From Nitrospirota bacterium (GTDB lineage Bacteria; Nitrospirota; JACRHJ01): a stretch of 64,000 bases of DNA. The stretch is taken from positions 416,001-480,000 of the forward strand of contig CAVTDB010000026.1 in the NCBI GenBank assembly GCA_963733375.1. The letters run 5' to 3'. A model generated the notes under the pieces. That model was not told the origin of the DNA. It ran no database searches and worked only from the letters and a program-made list of their open reading frames with translations. Position numbers and translations under genes: made by a program. This document shows positions 20,231-29,529 of the stretch, in pieces; the first letter of the stretch is position 1; each line of letters opens with the position of its first letter.

Positions 20231-22453
20231 TCAGGCGCGCCTTAAGCGAAGAGAGTTGGTGACGACGGAAACGGATGACAGCGCCATCGCGGCGGCGGCC
20301 ATTACGGGTTTTAAGAGGATGCCGAAGAACGGGTACAACGCTCCCGCAGCCATGGGGATTCCGACGGTATTATAGAAAAACGCCCAGAAAAGGTTCTGCT
20401 TTATCGTCCTTAGCGTCTTCCGGCTGATCTCCAGCGCATCCGCCGCCTTGGTCAGTTCCGGCCGAATCAGCATTATGTCGGAGGCCTCTATGGCGACATC
20501 CGTCCCTGTCCCGACCGCAATGCCTATGTCCGCACGGGCCAGGGCGGGCGCGTCGTTTATGCCGTCCCCCACCATCGCGACTATTTTCCCCTGCGCCTGG
20601 AGCTCCGCCACAGCCTTTTCTTTCCCGTCCGGAAGCACTCCCCATATTACCTTTTCGATGCCTACCTTGCGCGCCACCGCCCGCGCCGCAAGTTCCGTGT
20701 CTCCCGTCAGCATTATCACATCCAGCCCCAGGGCCTTTAACCTCCGGACCCCATCCGCGGAGCCTTCCTTTATGCCGTCGGCGATTGCGATCAGTCCGAC
20801 GGGCTTTCCATTTTTTGCGACAAATATGGAAGTATACCCTTCCTGGGCAAAACCGGCCTCGGCGTTCTCGAACCTCCCCGTTTTCACCCCGCGCTCTGCC
20901 ATCAGACGGGCATTTCCGATGAGAATATCATCATTGCCGACTTTCGCGCGCGCGCCGTAACCCGGTAGTGCTTCAAATCCTTCCGCCTTCGATACCGCCA
21001 GCTTTTCCTCGCGCGCCTTCTCCGTGACCGCCAGCGCCACGGGGTGCTCGGAATAATTTTCTACCGACGCGGCCAGGGCAAGAAAATCTTCATCCCCCTC
21101 CCCCAGCTTCTCAATCGCCATCACTCTCGGCTTGCCCTCAGTAACCGTCCCGGTCTTATCCAGCACAATGACATCCGCCTTTGCAAACCGCTCCAGCACG
21201 TCTCCGCCCCGGAATATTATACCCTTCTCCGCGGCCCTTCCGGTCCCGACCATTATCGCGGTGGGGGTGGCAAGCCCCATTGCGCACGGGCATGCGATAA
21301 TAAGCACCGCAATAAAAGCCAGCAGGGCGAAGGTAAACCCCGCCCCGGCGGCAAGCCAGGCTCCAAAGGATATGAATGCGGCTACAATGACCGCCGGAAC
21401 AAAATAGGCCGCCACCTTATCCGCCAGCCTCTGTATCGGCGCTTTAGCGCCCTGGGCCTCCTCCACCAGTTTTATTATCCCTGCCAATACCGTATCTTTT
21501 CCTACCTTTTCGGCCTTAAACCTGAAGCTTCCCGTTAAGTTTAACGTCCCGCCAAACACGCTGTCGCCGTCACTCTTTTCGGCGGGCAGGTTCTCGCCGG
21601 TAAGCATGGACTCGTCCAGGGACGAGAAGCCGGAAATAACAGTCCCATCCACGGGCACTTTTTCGCCTGGACGAACCACAACCTCGTCGCCCGGCATCAC
21701 GTCTTCCGCGGATACCTCAACTTCACGCCCGTCCCGCATAACTCGCGCCGTTCGCGGGGAAAGCTTCATCATCCGTTTCACCGCCTCGGACGCCCTGCCC
21801 CGGGAACGCGCTTCAAGGAACTTCCCGATCAGGATAAGGGCTATTATCATCGCGGAGGTATCGTAATACACGGCGTCGCCATATTCAGCGAAAGCGGCCG
21901 GGAAGAAGGTGATAACGGCGCTGTAGAAATAGGCCGCGGACGTGCCGGTCGCTATCAGGACGTCCATATTGGCGCTCCCGTGGGAGAGGGTGCTCCACGC
22001 GCCCTTGTAGAACCTCCAGCCTGCCCAGAACTGCACGGGCGTTGCCAGCGCGAAAAGGATGAGGTTCAGGACGGGGTGCGATACGGGCAGCGCATATGCC
22101 CCGTGGAAAGACGCGGCCATGATTATGGCGCTTAAGGCAATGCTGACTATGACCTTGATCTTCAGCTCGTGAAGTCCTTCTTCCTCCCTTGCTTCTTTAA
22201 CTTCGGGGGCGGCCTCCTCTTTCTCAAGGACCTGGTATCCCGCTTTTACAACCGCTTCCTTTAATTCATTTTCGGATATCTCGCCCGGCACATATTCGAC
22301 CCGTGCCGTTTCCGCCGCTAAATTCACATTTGCCTTAATCACCCCCGGCCGCTTCTTGAGCGCCCTTTCCACCGCCGCGGAACAGGAGGCGCAAGTCATG
22401 CCGCCTATGTTTATCGTGCTTACGGCATCCGCTTTTTTATCATTTTCCGACAT
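20231..22453 (-). CDS. copA: Cu(I)-translocating P1B-type ATPase
   Basis: [29 protein letters not shown] and MALSS. Confidence 0.94.
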   Translation of the reverse strand: MSENDKKADAVSTINIGGMTCASCSAAVERALKKRPGVIKANVNLAAETARVEYVPGEISENELKEAVVKAGYQVLEKEEAAPEVKEAREEEGLHELKIKVIVSIALSAIIMAASFHGAYALPVSHPVLNLILFALATPVQFWAGWRFYKGAWSTLSHGSANMDVLIATGTSAAYFYSAVITFFPAAFAEYGDAVYYDTSAMIIALILIGKFLEARSRGRASEAVKRMMKLSPRTARVMRDGREVEVSAEDVMPGDEVVVRPGEKVPVDGTVISGFSSLDESMLTGENLPAEKSDGDSVFGGTLNLTGSFRFKAEKVGKDTVLAGIIKLVEEAQGAKAPIQRLADKVAAYFVPAVIVAAFISFGAWLAAGAGFTFALLAFIAVLIIACPCAMGLATPTAIMVGTGRAAEKGIIFRGGDVLERFAKADVIVLDKTGTVTEGKPRVMAIEKLGEGDEDFLALAASVENYSEHPVALAVTEKAREEKLAVSKAEGFEALPGYGARAKVGNDDILIGNARLMAERGVKTGRFENAEAGFAQEGYTSIFVAKNGKPVGLIAIADGIKEGSADGVRRLKALGLDVIMLTGDTELAARAVARKVGIEKVIWGVLPDGKEKAVAELQAQGKIVAMVGDGINDAPALARADIGIAVGTGTDVAIEASDIMLIRPELTKAADALEISRKTLRTIKQNLFWAFFYNTVGIPMAAGALYPFFGILLKPVMAAAAMALSSVSVVTNSLRLRRA

Positions 22454-22459
22454 AATTTT

Positions 22460-22488
22460 ATTGTAATCATTCCACTTCGCCAGAGCAA
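22460..22488 (-). promoter_or_regulatory. Sigma70 promoter of copA, leaderless geometry
   Basis: TTGCTC-17 nt-TACAAT-6 nt-ATG, no SD. Confidence 0.6.
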
Positions 22489-22489
22489 T

Positions 22490-22515
22490 AAAAAAAGGGG
22501 CCCTGGAAGGCCCCT
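22490..22515 (-). terminator. Intrinsic terminator after ytxH
   Basis: AGGGGCC-TTCCAG-GGCCCCT followed by a T run. Confidence 0.85.
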
Positions 22516-22538
22516 GATTTAAGATTATTTTTCAGGTT

Positions 22539-22856
22539 TTATTTCAAGTGGGACATGAGACGGGATTTTTCCTCTTCCATCGCCTTTTTACCGGCTTCTA
22601 CCGCACTCTGGAGTACCGGTTTTTTCTCTTCTATATATTCCCGTCCGCGGCTTAAGGTATCGGCGATTTTAAGCTTCGCGCTCTGGCCCGCTGTCACGAT
22701 TCTCTCTTTGGCGTCGCCCGCCATTTCGCCTATCTTCTCCCTGGTCTCGCGTCCCGACTGCGGTGCCGTAAGAAGCGCGACTCCGGCGCCGACTATCCCG
22801 CCTACAAGGAAAGAAAGAACGATAGAGCCCGTGGAAAAATTCTTCTCTTCGTACAT
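22539..22856 (-). CDS. YtxH-domain protein
   Basis: FLVGGIVGAGVALLTAPQSGRETR. Confidence 0.9.
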   Translation of the reverse strand: MYEEKNFSTGSIVLSFLVGGIVGAGVALLTAPQSGRETREKIGEMAGDAKERIVTAGQSAKLKIADTLSRGREYIEEKKPVLQSAVEAGKKAMEEEKSRLMSHLK

Positions 22857-23269
22857 TACGCGACCTCCTTTTTTTTCCGTAACCTGATGTTTTCGACTAA
22901 TGTCTGTACCCCGGCCTTTATACCTACGAGGTACGCCGCCGCATCGATCAACGACCCCCTTATCTTCTCATCGACTATGTCGTTTATCCCGTCTACCGTG
23001 CCGGTTAGCGCTTCCACCGTCTCCTCGACTTTTTCAACTCCCGACTTGGCGATTGCGACTACTTCGTTCACCTCGTCAACCACATTTCTGACCGAACTTA
23101 CTAACGGCAATATCTCCGTGTTTATCAAGGTCTTGACTGACGTGTTAAGGTCATTAAGAGTGGATTCCACCGATTTCAGCGTCCGCATAAGCTGGAATAT
23201 CGCCGGTATAAGCGCCAGGGCTGCGACCGCGAACGCGATGGCTATTATTAAAACCGCCACTGGAATCAT
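22856..23269 (-). CDS. DUF948/YtxG-like protein
   Basis: N-terminal TM plus coiled coil, directly upstream of ytxH. Confidence 0.7.
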   Translation of the reverse strand: MIPVAVLIIAIAFAVAALALIPAIFQLMRTLKSVESTLNDLNTSVKTLINTEILPLVSSVRNVVDEVNEVVAIAKSGVEKVEETVEALTGTVDGINDIVDEKIRGSLIDAAAYLVGIKAGVQTLVENIRLRKKKEVA

Positions 23270-23298
23270 TCAACCCCTCCCTTACTTTTAAATATACC

Positions 23299-23739
23299 TT
23301 AAACGGGCCGTATTAACAAGACGGCGCAGTGCGCTCTCCTGGCCACTGATTCGGCTACGCTTCCCAGTAGAAGCCTGTTTAAGCCCCTTCTGCCGTGCGT
23401 GCCCATGACTATGAGGTCCACCCCCCTTTCCTTTGCCACGCTTATAATCTCGTCGTGCACGTCCCCTTCCTTCACCAGCATTTCCGGCTGGATTCCGTGC
23501 AACGCGGCTTTTTGCTTCAGGGTAGTCATCAGCTTGTCTGCATGCTCCTGGAAAGCCTCTCGCATCGCCTCAACGTTCGCCATCGCGGCTTCAGGATCGG
23601 GAATGGTCAAAATGGTGATGTCCAGGGCATAAAGGAGCGTCACCTTTGAGCCCAGTTTGGATGCAAGGAGAAAACCCTGCTCTGCGGCGAGGTTGGATAC
23701 CTCGCTCCCGTCCACGGGGATTAAGATATTTTCGTACAT
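23299..23739 (-). CDS. Universal stress protein
   Basis: ILIPVDGS, DLIVMGTHGRRG..LLGSVAE. Confidence 0.93.
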   Translation of the reverse strand: MYENILIPVDGSEVSNLAAEQGFLLASKLGSKVTLLYALDITILTIPDPEAAMANVEAMREAFQEHADKLMTTLKQKAALHGIQPEMLVKEGDVHDEIISVAKERGVDLIVMGTHGRRGLNRLLLGSVAESVARRAHCAVLLIRPV

Positions 23740-23745
23740 TATAAA

Positions 23746-23774
23746 TTTATAGCAGATGGACGGTATTTAGTAAA
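23746..23774 (-). promoter_or_regulatory. Sigma70 promoter of usp, leaderless geometry
   Basis: TTTACT-17 nt-(TG)TATAAA-6 nt-ATG, no SD. Confidence 0.55.
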
Positions 23775-23818
23775 GAAAACCCCTTTTGATGTTATATTTA
23801 AAAAGAGGAGGGGGAGTT

Positions 23819-24265
23819 ATGCCGCACTTCGGACTGATAGACGAATACAAGATGCAGCCGCACGAGGCCGCGCTCATGCGCGCAAGGCTCCATATTCGGA
23901 GCGGCATGAGAAGGCTGCGCCAGGGCATGCTGAAAGAAGGTCTTTTCACACTTTATGATGCGCTCTATTCCGGGATGAGGTTCTATATTCTTTCACCCGA
24001 CAATAAGGACAGGTTCGACGGCGCGGACGGCATTCAGCGGACGGAGGAGATGGCTTTATATGAAATGCTCCGGCACGCGGGAGTGGTGGACGGCTCTTTC
24101 GATTTCGAGTCGTTTTTTGCTTTAATGGAGAAGTTAATAGACGGGGCCGATGTTGAAATCAACAGCGCGGAAGCGCTGAAAGGCTATGACAAGCTAATGA
24201 CCCAGCTCGGCGTCATGCCGTTCGACGAATCGGCCCTTCCGCCGGAGGACCCGACGAAGCCTTGA
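23819..24265 (+). CDS. Hypothetical all-alpha protein
   Basis: Strong GGAGG RBS; 148 codons filling the gap between opposite-strand genes. Confidence 0.75.
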   Translation: MPHFGLIDEYKMQPHEAALMRARLHIRSGMRRLRQGMLKEGLFTLYDALYSGMRFYILSPDNKDRFDGADGIQRTEEMALYEMLRHAGVVDGSFDFESFFALMEKLIDGADVEINSAEALKGYDKLMTQLGVMPFDESALPPEDPTKP

Positions 24266-24292
24266 TTATATTTATTTAAGAGCGGAGGTTTT

Positions 24293-25151
24293 TTAGCGTG
24301 TTCGACGCGGGACTGCCCCTTGATTGTCTTTAGTAAAAAGGATGCCGCTTACGACCTCGCCATGCTTGCCAAAGGGCCCCGTCTTCTTGCCGTTCAATTC
24401 GGCGGTCACTCCGCCTGCGTTTCCCAGGGTCAGGACAATCTCGTCGTCCGCCTTTATCTCGATGGTCTTCCCCTTTTTTAAAGTCCCGCTCATCCTTCTG
24501 GACTTGTCCGCGCTGTAGGAGTAGTAGCTATCCGAAGTCGCGAAAAGCTTCAGTAAAAGCGGGCCTGACTTTTGTACTGGCTTCTGCGCCTGCGGTGCGG
24601 CGGCGGTATGCGGCTTAAAAGCAGTCGCATTTTTTAAGGCGGTAGTAGACGGCTTCTGTACCGGCGGGGCGGGGACTTTCCTGATGGCCGCGGGCAGGGA
24701 AGGAGGCTGTACTTCCAGCGGCTTCACCTTGGGAGTCAGCAGGAGCATTATCCCCGTTATAGCCGCACCAAGGATGATTCCGCCAATGATTATCAGATAA
24801 ATTGGATTTTTTTTCTTACCAGGCTTTTCCGCCGGATTCCTTCTGCGGGATATGCTTATAAGAGAAGGCTTCGGATGGTGCTGTACCTCTCCGCCCTCAG
24901 GCAGTCGGCACCTCTTTCGGCGGGAAAAGCTCCCTGTACCGTGCCATTACATCCTTGACGTTCAGGCCCAGTTCTTTCGAATAAGTCCGCAGGAAGCCGA
25001 TTACGAAGACCTCGCCGGGAATAACGGAATAGTCGTCTTCTTCAAGCGCCTTAAGGAAGGTGTGGCTTATCCTCGTCTTTTCAGCGATCTCGGTGAGGGA
25101 AAGACCTTGCGCCTCCCTCGCCGCTTTGAGTTCTTCACCGATAGTAGGCAT
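24293..25151 (-). CDS. rodZ: RodZ-like HTH/TM/DUF4115 protein (indel near 24900)
   Basis: IGEELKAAREAQGLSL..ALEE..GFLRTYS HTH; a TM near 24750-24800; LTLGNAGGV C-domain. Confidence 0.85.
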
Positions 25152-25895
25152 TTATTTCAATAGGTCCAGATATTTATCCGCCTGCGCCGCAAGGTCGGTA
25201 TTGGGCGCCAACTGTTTTGCTTTTTCCAGGCTTTCCTGCGCCGCCGCGTTTTTGCCCTGCTTAAAGTATATCAACCCGAGTTCGAAATACGGCTGGGGGC
25301 TTTTCGGCGCGGCTTCGATGGTCTTCTTATAAAATTTTTCCGCCTCATCCGCCTTGTTCATCTTGTTATACTGGTCGGCAAGGCTATACATTGCGGCCAC
25401 GTTATCAGGCGCCGCCAGCAGTGCTTCCCGGAAAGACTTTGCCGCGGCTTCGTGGTCGCCGATGGTGTCATAGACATATCCCAGGTTGACCAGCGCCTGG
25501 TCCTTCGTCGGGTAAACCGGGTTATCTATCGCCTTCCGGATTTCCTTTATCGCGTCAGGATAATCCTTCTTCTGCGCGTATGTGAGCCCCAGATTATGGT
25601 GGCCGTCTCCAAAATCAGGATCGATAGATACCGTCGTTTTGAACTCGTCCAAGGCCTTATCGAAGTTCTTTTCCCTGTAATAGATTATCCCCGCCGCGAA
25701 ATGCGCGTCCAGGTTTTTGGGGTTCTCCGCTATCGCCATGTTGAATTCATAGAGCGCGGACTCGTCGTTTCCAGACTCCATCCGGTTCAACCCGTTCTTG
25801 TAGTGCGACAGGGATTGCTGGACTTTAGTCGGACCAGTCGCACAGGCGGGTAGGAATAGTGCGGCGGCCAGGACAAGAAATAGCCGGTTTTTCAT
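25152..25895 (-). CDS. TPR lipoprotein (PilF/PilW/Tgl-like)
   Basis: Lipobox LPAC, TPR repeats, NPVYPT motif, position upstream of rodZ. Confidence 0.8.
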   Translation of the reverse strand: MKNRLFLVLAAALFLPACATGPTKVQQSLSHYKNGLNRMESGNDESALYEFNMAIAENPKNLDAHFAAGIIYYREKNFDKALDEFKTTVSIDPDFGDGHHNLGLTYAQKKDYPDAIKEIRKAIDNPVYPTKDQALVNLGYVYDTIGDHEAAAKSFREALLAAPDNVAAMYSLADQYNKMNKADEAEKFYKKTIEAAPKSPQPYFELGLIYFKQGKNAAAQESLEKAKQLAPNTDLAAQADKYLDLLK

Positions 25896-26803
25896 CCTAT
25901 ATCCTCAAAAGATGTTATTTTTCTGAACTCGCGATAGCGCCCTTCTATTTCCTTATAGTCAAGGCTTTTCATCCTGTTCAGGCTGAAGTCCTCCACATTG
26001 AAGGAGGCCATTACGCTTCCGAAGATTATGGCCTGCCGAAGCGACGCCTCGTCGAAATTCCTCACGTTATCCAGATAACCCATGAACCCGCCAGCGAAGC
26101 TGTCTCCGGCTCCGGTGGGATCGAAAACCGCCTCCAACGGATATGCGGGAGCGGAGAATACCCCTCCGGAGTTGAACATCACCGAGCCGTACTCGCCCCT
26201 CTTCACGATAAGGGTTTTCGGTCCCATCGCCTGTATCGCCCGCGCCGCCTTCACCAGGTTCGGCTCGCCGGCAAGTTCCCTCGCCTCGGCTTCGTTTATC
26301 AGCAGGATATCCACCTCGGCCAGGGTCTTTATAAGTTCGTCCCTTTTCCCGCCAATCCAGAAGTTCATGGTATCGCAGGCTACCAGCTTCGGCTTGTCTA
26401 TCTGGTGGAGCACTTCTCTCTGGAGGACCGGGTCTATGTTCGCCAGGAATACGACTTCAGATGAGCGGTAGGCGTCCGGGATTTTCGGTTTAAAACTTTC
26501 GAACACGTTCAGCTGGGTATCAAGCGTCCTGGCCTCGTTTAAATCAAAACCGTACTCGCCCTTCCACCGGAAGGTCTGGCCTTTGGACTTCTGGAGGCCG
26601 GAAACGTCGATGTTCCTGCTTTTCAGGAAGTTGACGTGTTTATCCGGGAAATCATCGCCCACCACCGCCACCAGCTTCACGGAAGTGAAATAGCTGGCCG
26701 CCGTGGAGAAATAGGTCGCGGAGCCTCCCAGGACTTCGTCTGCCGCCCCGAACGGGGTCTTGACGCTGTCGAACGCTATGGAACCAACCACTAGAAGGCT
26801 CAC
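25892..26803 (-). CDS. PfkB-family carbohydrate/nucleoside kinase
   Basis: GGSA, NEAE, DPTGAGDSFAGG. Confidence 0.9.
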   Translation of the reverse strand: MSLLVVGSIAFDSVKTPFGAADEVLGGSATYFSTAASYFTSVKLVAVVGDDFPDKHVNFLKSRNIDVSGLQKSKGQTFRWKGEYGFDLNEARTLDTQLNVFESFKPKIPDAYRSSEVVFLANIDPVLQREVLHQIDKPKLVACDTMNFWIGGKRDELIKTLAEVDILLINEAEARELAGEPNLVKAARAIQAMGPKTLIVKRGEYGSVMFNSGGVFSAPAYPLEAVFDPTGAGDSFAGGFMGYLDNVRNFDEASLRQAIIFGSVMASFNVEDFSLNRMKSLDYKEIEGRYREFRKITSFEDIG

Positions 26804-26806
26804 CCC

Positions 26807-27679
26807 TCAGACCTCCTGTCCCACGTATTTGCCGATGATTATATCGAGCTTGTTTTTAGCCTCTTCAGGTATAAGCTCCGCCGGGGTCATTATTGCGTAT
26901 TTCAAAGACTCGCCGCACGGACAGGAGCGCGAAACGGACAGAGACGAGACCGTGAACTGAATGATTTTTTTCGCCGTCTCCACGTTCTTCTTTAAGATAG
27001 CGATTACCGCCTCGACGGTCACGTCCTCCTCGGTCTCATGCCAGCAGTCGTAGTCAGTGGCAAGGGCGAGCGTGGAGTAGCATATCTCCGCCTCACGCGC
27101 GAGCTTCGCCTCGGTGACGTTGGTCATGCCGATGACGTCCACTCCCCAACTCCGATATATCCTGGACTCGCCCCTCGTCGAGAACTGAGGGCCTTCCATG
27201 CAGATGTACGTCCCGCCCTTGTGCATTTTGGCCCCGGCCTTCACGCCGGCGTCGTAAAGCGCCCCCGCCAGCTCCTGGCAGACCGGGTCCGCGAACCCGA
27301 CGTGAGCGACTACCCCGCCGCCGAAGAACGTGCTGATCCGGTTTTTCGTCTGGTCGTAGAACTGGTCCGGGACGACGATGTCGCCAGGCGCGATATCTTC
27401 TTTCATGCTCCCGACGGCGGAGACGGATATGATGCGTTTGACGCCGAGTTTCTTCATGGCGTAGATGTTCGCCCGATAATTTATTTCCGAGGGAGTGAAC
27501 CTGTGACCCCGGCCATGCCTGGGAAGAAACGCCAGCCTTCTGCCCTCCAGCGTCCCCAGGATGAACTCGTCCGACGGCGCTCCGAAAGGAGTATCCACCC
27601 GGACGGAGGTGACATCTTTCAGGCCCTCCATGTCGTAGAGGCCGCTTCCGCCTATTACTCCTATTTCCGCTTCAGGCAA
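26807..27679 (-). CDS. mtnP: S-methyl-5'-thioadenosine phosphorylase
   Basis: IGGSG, RHG, EGPQFST, GMT, TDYDCW; TTG start after AGGAG. Confidence 0.92.
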   Translation of the reverse strand: MPEAEIGVIGGSGLYDMEGLKDVTSVRVDTPFGAPSDEFILGTLEGRRLAFLPRHGRGHRFTPSEINYRANIYAMKKLGVKRIISVSAVGSMKEDIAPGDIVVPDQFYDQTKNRISTFFGGGVVAHVGFADPVCQELAGALYDAGVKAGAKMHKGGTYICMEGPQFSTRGESRIYRSWGVDVIGMTNVTEAKLAREAEICYSTLALATDYDCWHETEEDVTVEAVIAILKKNVETAKKIIQFTVSSLSVSRSCPCGESLKYAIMTPAELIPEEAKNKLDIIIGKYVGQEV

Positions 27680-27770
27680 TTTAATTTCTCCTAAAAATAT
27701 CAACTGAAACAGCCGGATTATAAGCCAAAGGGAGTATTTTGTAAAGGGATTTCGGGTAGTTTTAATAGTT

Positions 27771-28169
27771 TTAATACCGGCCGGAGAAATAATCCTCAAG
27801 TATACGGGGGTGGTCGAAACAGATGGGAGAGGGCAGGCTGCCTTTGGCGAAAACGCCTATGCCCTTTGCGTCGTCGCCCGCTCTCGGCATGCCTTCCGCC
27901 CTGGCTATGAATACCGTCGATATGGTGTGGAAACGGGGGTCCCTTTTCGGGTCGGAATATGTATGGAACTGACGGATCAGCAAAACGTCTAAATCAGTCT
28001 CTTCCCTGGCCTCCCGGACGGCCGCGGCCTCGGCGCTCTCGCCGTAATCTATGAACCCGCCCGGTATCGCCCAGCCATGCGGCTCGTTCTTCCTCTCTAT
28101 CAGGACTATCCCCTCCGGCAGCTCGATTATGATGTCCACCGTGGGGAAGGGGTTCTTCCTTTCAGGCAT
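27771..28169 (-). CDS. NUDIX hydrolase
   Basis: [22 protein letters not shown] Nudix box, RDPR. Confidence 0.92.
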   Translation of the reverse strand: MPERKNPFPTVDIIIELPEGIVLIERKNEPHGWAIPGGFIDYGESAEAAAVREAREETDLDVLLIRQFHTYSDPKRDPRFHTISTVFIARAEGMPRAGDDAKGIGVFAKGSLPSPICFDHPRILEDYFSGRY

Positions 28170-28495
28170 CAGCCTTCCACCCAGGGCTCCTCGGACTCCG
28201 CCGGTACCGGGGCCGCCGTCTCCGGCAGCGGGATTTCCCTGGCGTCCTTCGGCTCTTGCTCGGCATGGTTTACATGGCCAGCCAGTTCCACCGCGCGCTC
28301 CGGCACGATCGAATTGATGGCGTGCTTGTAGATAAGGTGCTGGCCGTCATGCTTAAGCAGAATGACGAAGTTATCGAAGCCTTTCACCAGGCCCTCGATC
28401 TTACCCCCTCCGGCGATATTCACGACTACCGGGATTTTCTCTTTTCGCACGTGGTTTAAAAACGCGTCCTGCAGGTTTATCTGGGACCTCGACAT
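28169..28495 (-). CDS. hfq: RNA chaperone Hfq
   Basis: [20 protein letters not shown]; directly downstream of miaA. Confidence 0.93.
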   Translation of the reverse strand: MSRSQINLQDAFLNHVRKEKIPVVVNIAGGGKIEGLVKGFDNFVILLKHDGQHLIYKHAINSIVPERAVELAGHVNHAEQEPKDAREIPLPETAAPVPAESEEPWVEG

Positions 28496-28554
28496 ATCTC
28501 TCCCTTTTTTCCAAATGTGTTAATACTTCTCCGCCCTACCCATCTTATAGAAAA

Positions 28555-29529
28555 CTATCGGAAATCCCCGGAAATATCAAGTGCTTTCTTCACCGAGTCC
28601 ATGGATGACGCTAAATTTTTATCAGAAATATCAACCCACTGCACGCCTTCCTGGCCGTTGAACCAGGTATATTGCCTCTTGGCGTAGTGCCTCGTGTCGC
28701 GTTTTATCAGCCGCGCCGCCTCATCCAAGCCCAGTTCGCCGTCCAGATGCGCCAGGAGCTGCTTGTAACCGAGGGCATGCATGGAGGGCATCTCACGGGT
28801 GCAGCCTTTATCCCGAAGCGTCTTCACCTCGTCAAGAAATCCCTCATCCAACATCTTGTCCACCCGCGCTTCTATACGCCTGTAAAGCTCCGGCCGGGGC
28901 ATTGTCAGGCCCGCGATTTTACAGTTGTACCTGCCGCCCCTGTCAGCACCCCTATCTGAGCGTCTATCTGAGCCTGTGGCTGAGCCTGTGGCGCCCCACT
29001 GAGACTGGCTCTCGCTGATTGGCTTGCCGGACTTTTGAAATACCTCCAGCGCGCGAATCGTCCTCCGTACGTCCGAAGGATGTATCTTTTCCGCCGCCTT
29101 CGGGTCGGCATTTTTCAACATACTATAAAGCGCGCCCGGCTCTTTGCGTTCAGCGTCCATCAGTTCTTCCCGCAGGGCGAAATCCGCAACCGGACCCTCA
29201 AACAGCCCCTCCGTGAGCGCCCGTATATACATTCCCGTCCCGCCCACGACCAGGGGGATTTTTCCCCGTCCAGTTATATCCTTTATCGCCTCATCCGCAA
29301 GCTGGACGTACCGCCCGGCTGAGAATTCCTCCTTCGGGTCCGCCACGTCTATCAGGTGGTGCGGCACCCGCGCCCGTTCATCCGGTGTCGGCTTCGCTGT
29401 GCCGATGTCCATGCCCCGATAGACCTGCATGGAGTCCGCGGAGATTATTTCCGCGCCTATCTCTTCGGCAATGGCTAACGATATTTCAGTCTTGCCGACT
29501 GCGGTCGGGCCGACGATAATATAAATCAT
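28555..29529 (-). CDS. miaA: tRNA dimethylallyltransferase
   Basis: GPTAVGKT, ADSMQVY, DIGTAKP, VGGTGMY, YAKRQYTW. Confidence 0.96.
   Translation of the reverse strand: MIYIIVGPTAVGKTEISLAIAEEIGAEIISADSMQVYRGMDIGTAKPTPDERARVPHHLIDVADPKEEFSAGRYVQLADEAIKDITGRGKIPLVVGGTGMYIRALTEGLFEGPVADFALREELMDAERKEPGALYSMLKNADPKAAEKIHPSDVRRTIRALEVFQKSGKPISESQSQWGATGSATGSDRRSDRGADRGGRYNCKIAGLTMPRPELYRRIEARVDKMLDEGFLDEVKTLRDKGCTREMPSMHALGYKQLLAHLDGELGLDEAARLIKRDTRHYAKRQYTWFNGQEGVQWVDISDKNLASSMDSVKKALDISGDFR
28930..28992 (-). repeat. Degenerate 12-bp tandem repeat inside miaA
   Basis: ACAGGCTCAGCC/ACAGGCTCAGAT/AGACGCTCAGAT/AGGGGTGCTGAC/AGGGGCGGCAGG. Confidence 0.7.
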
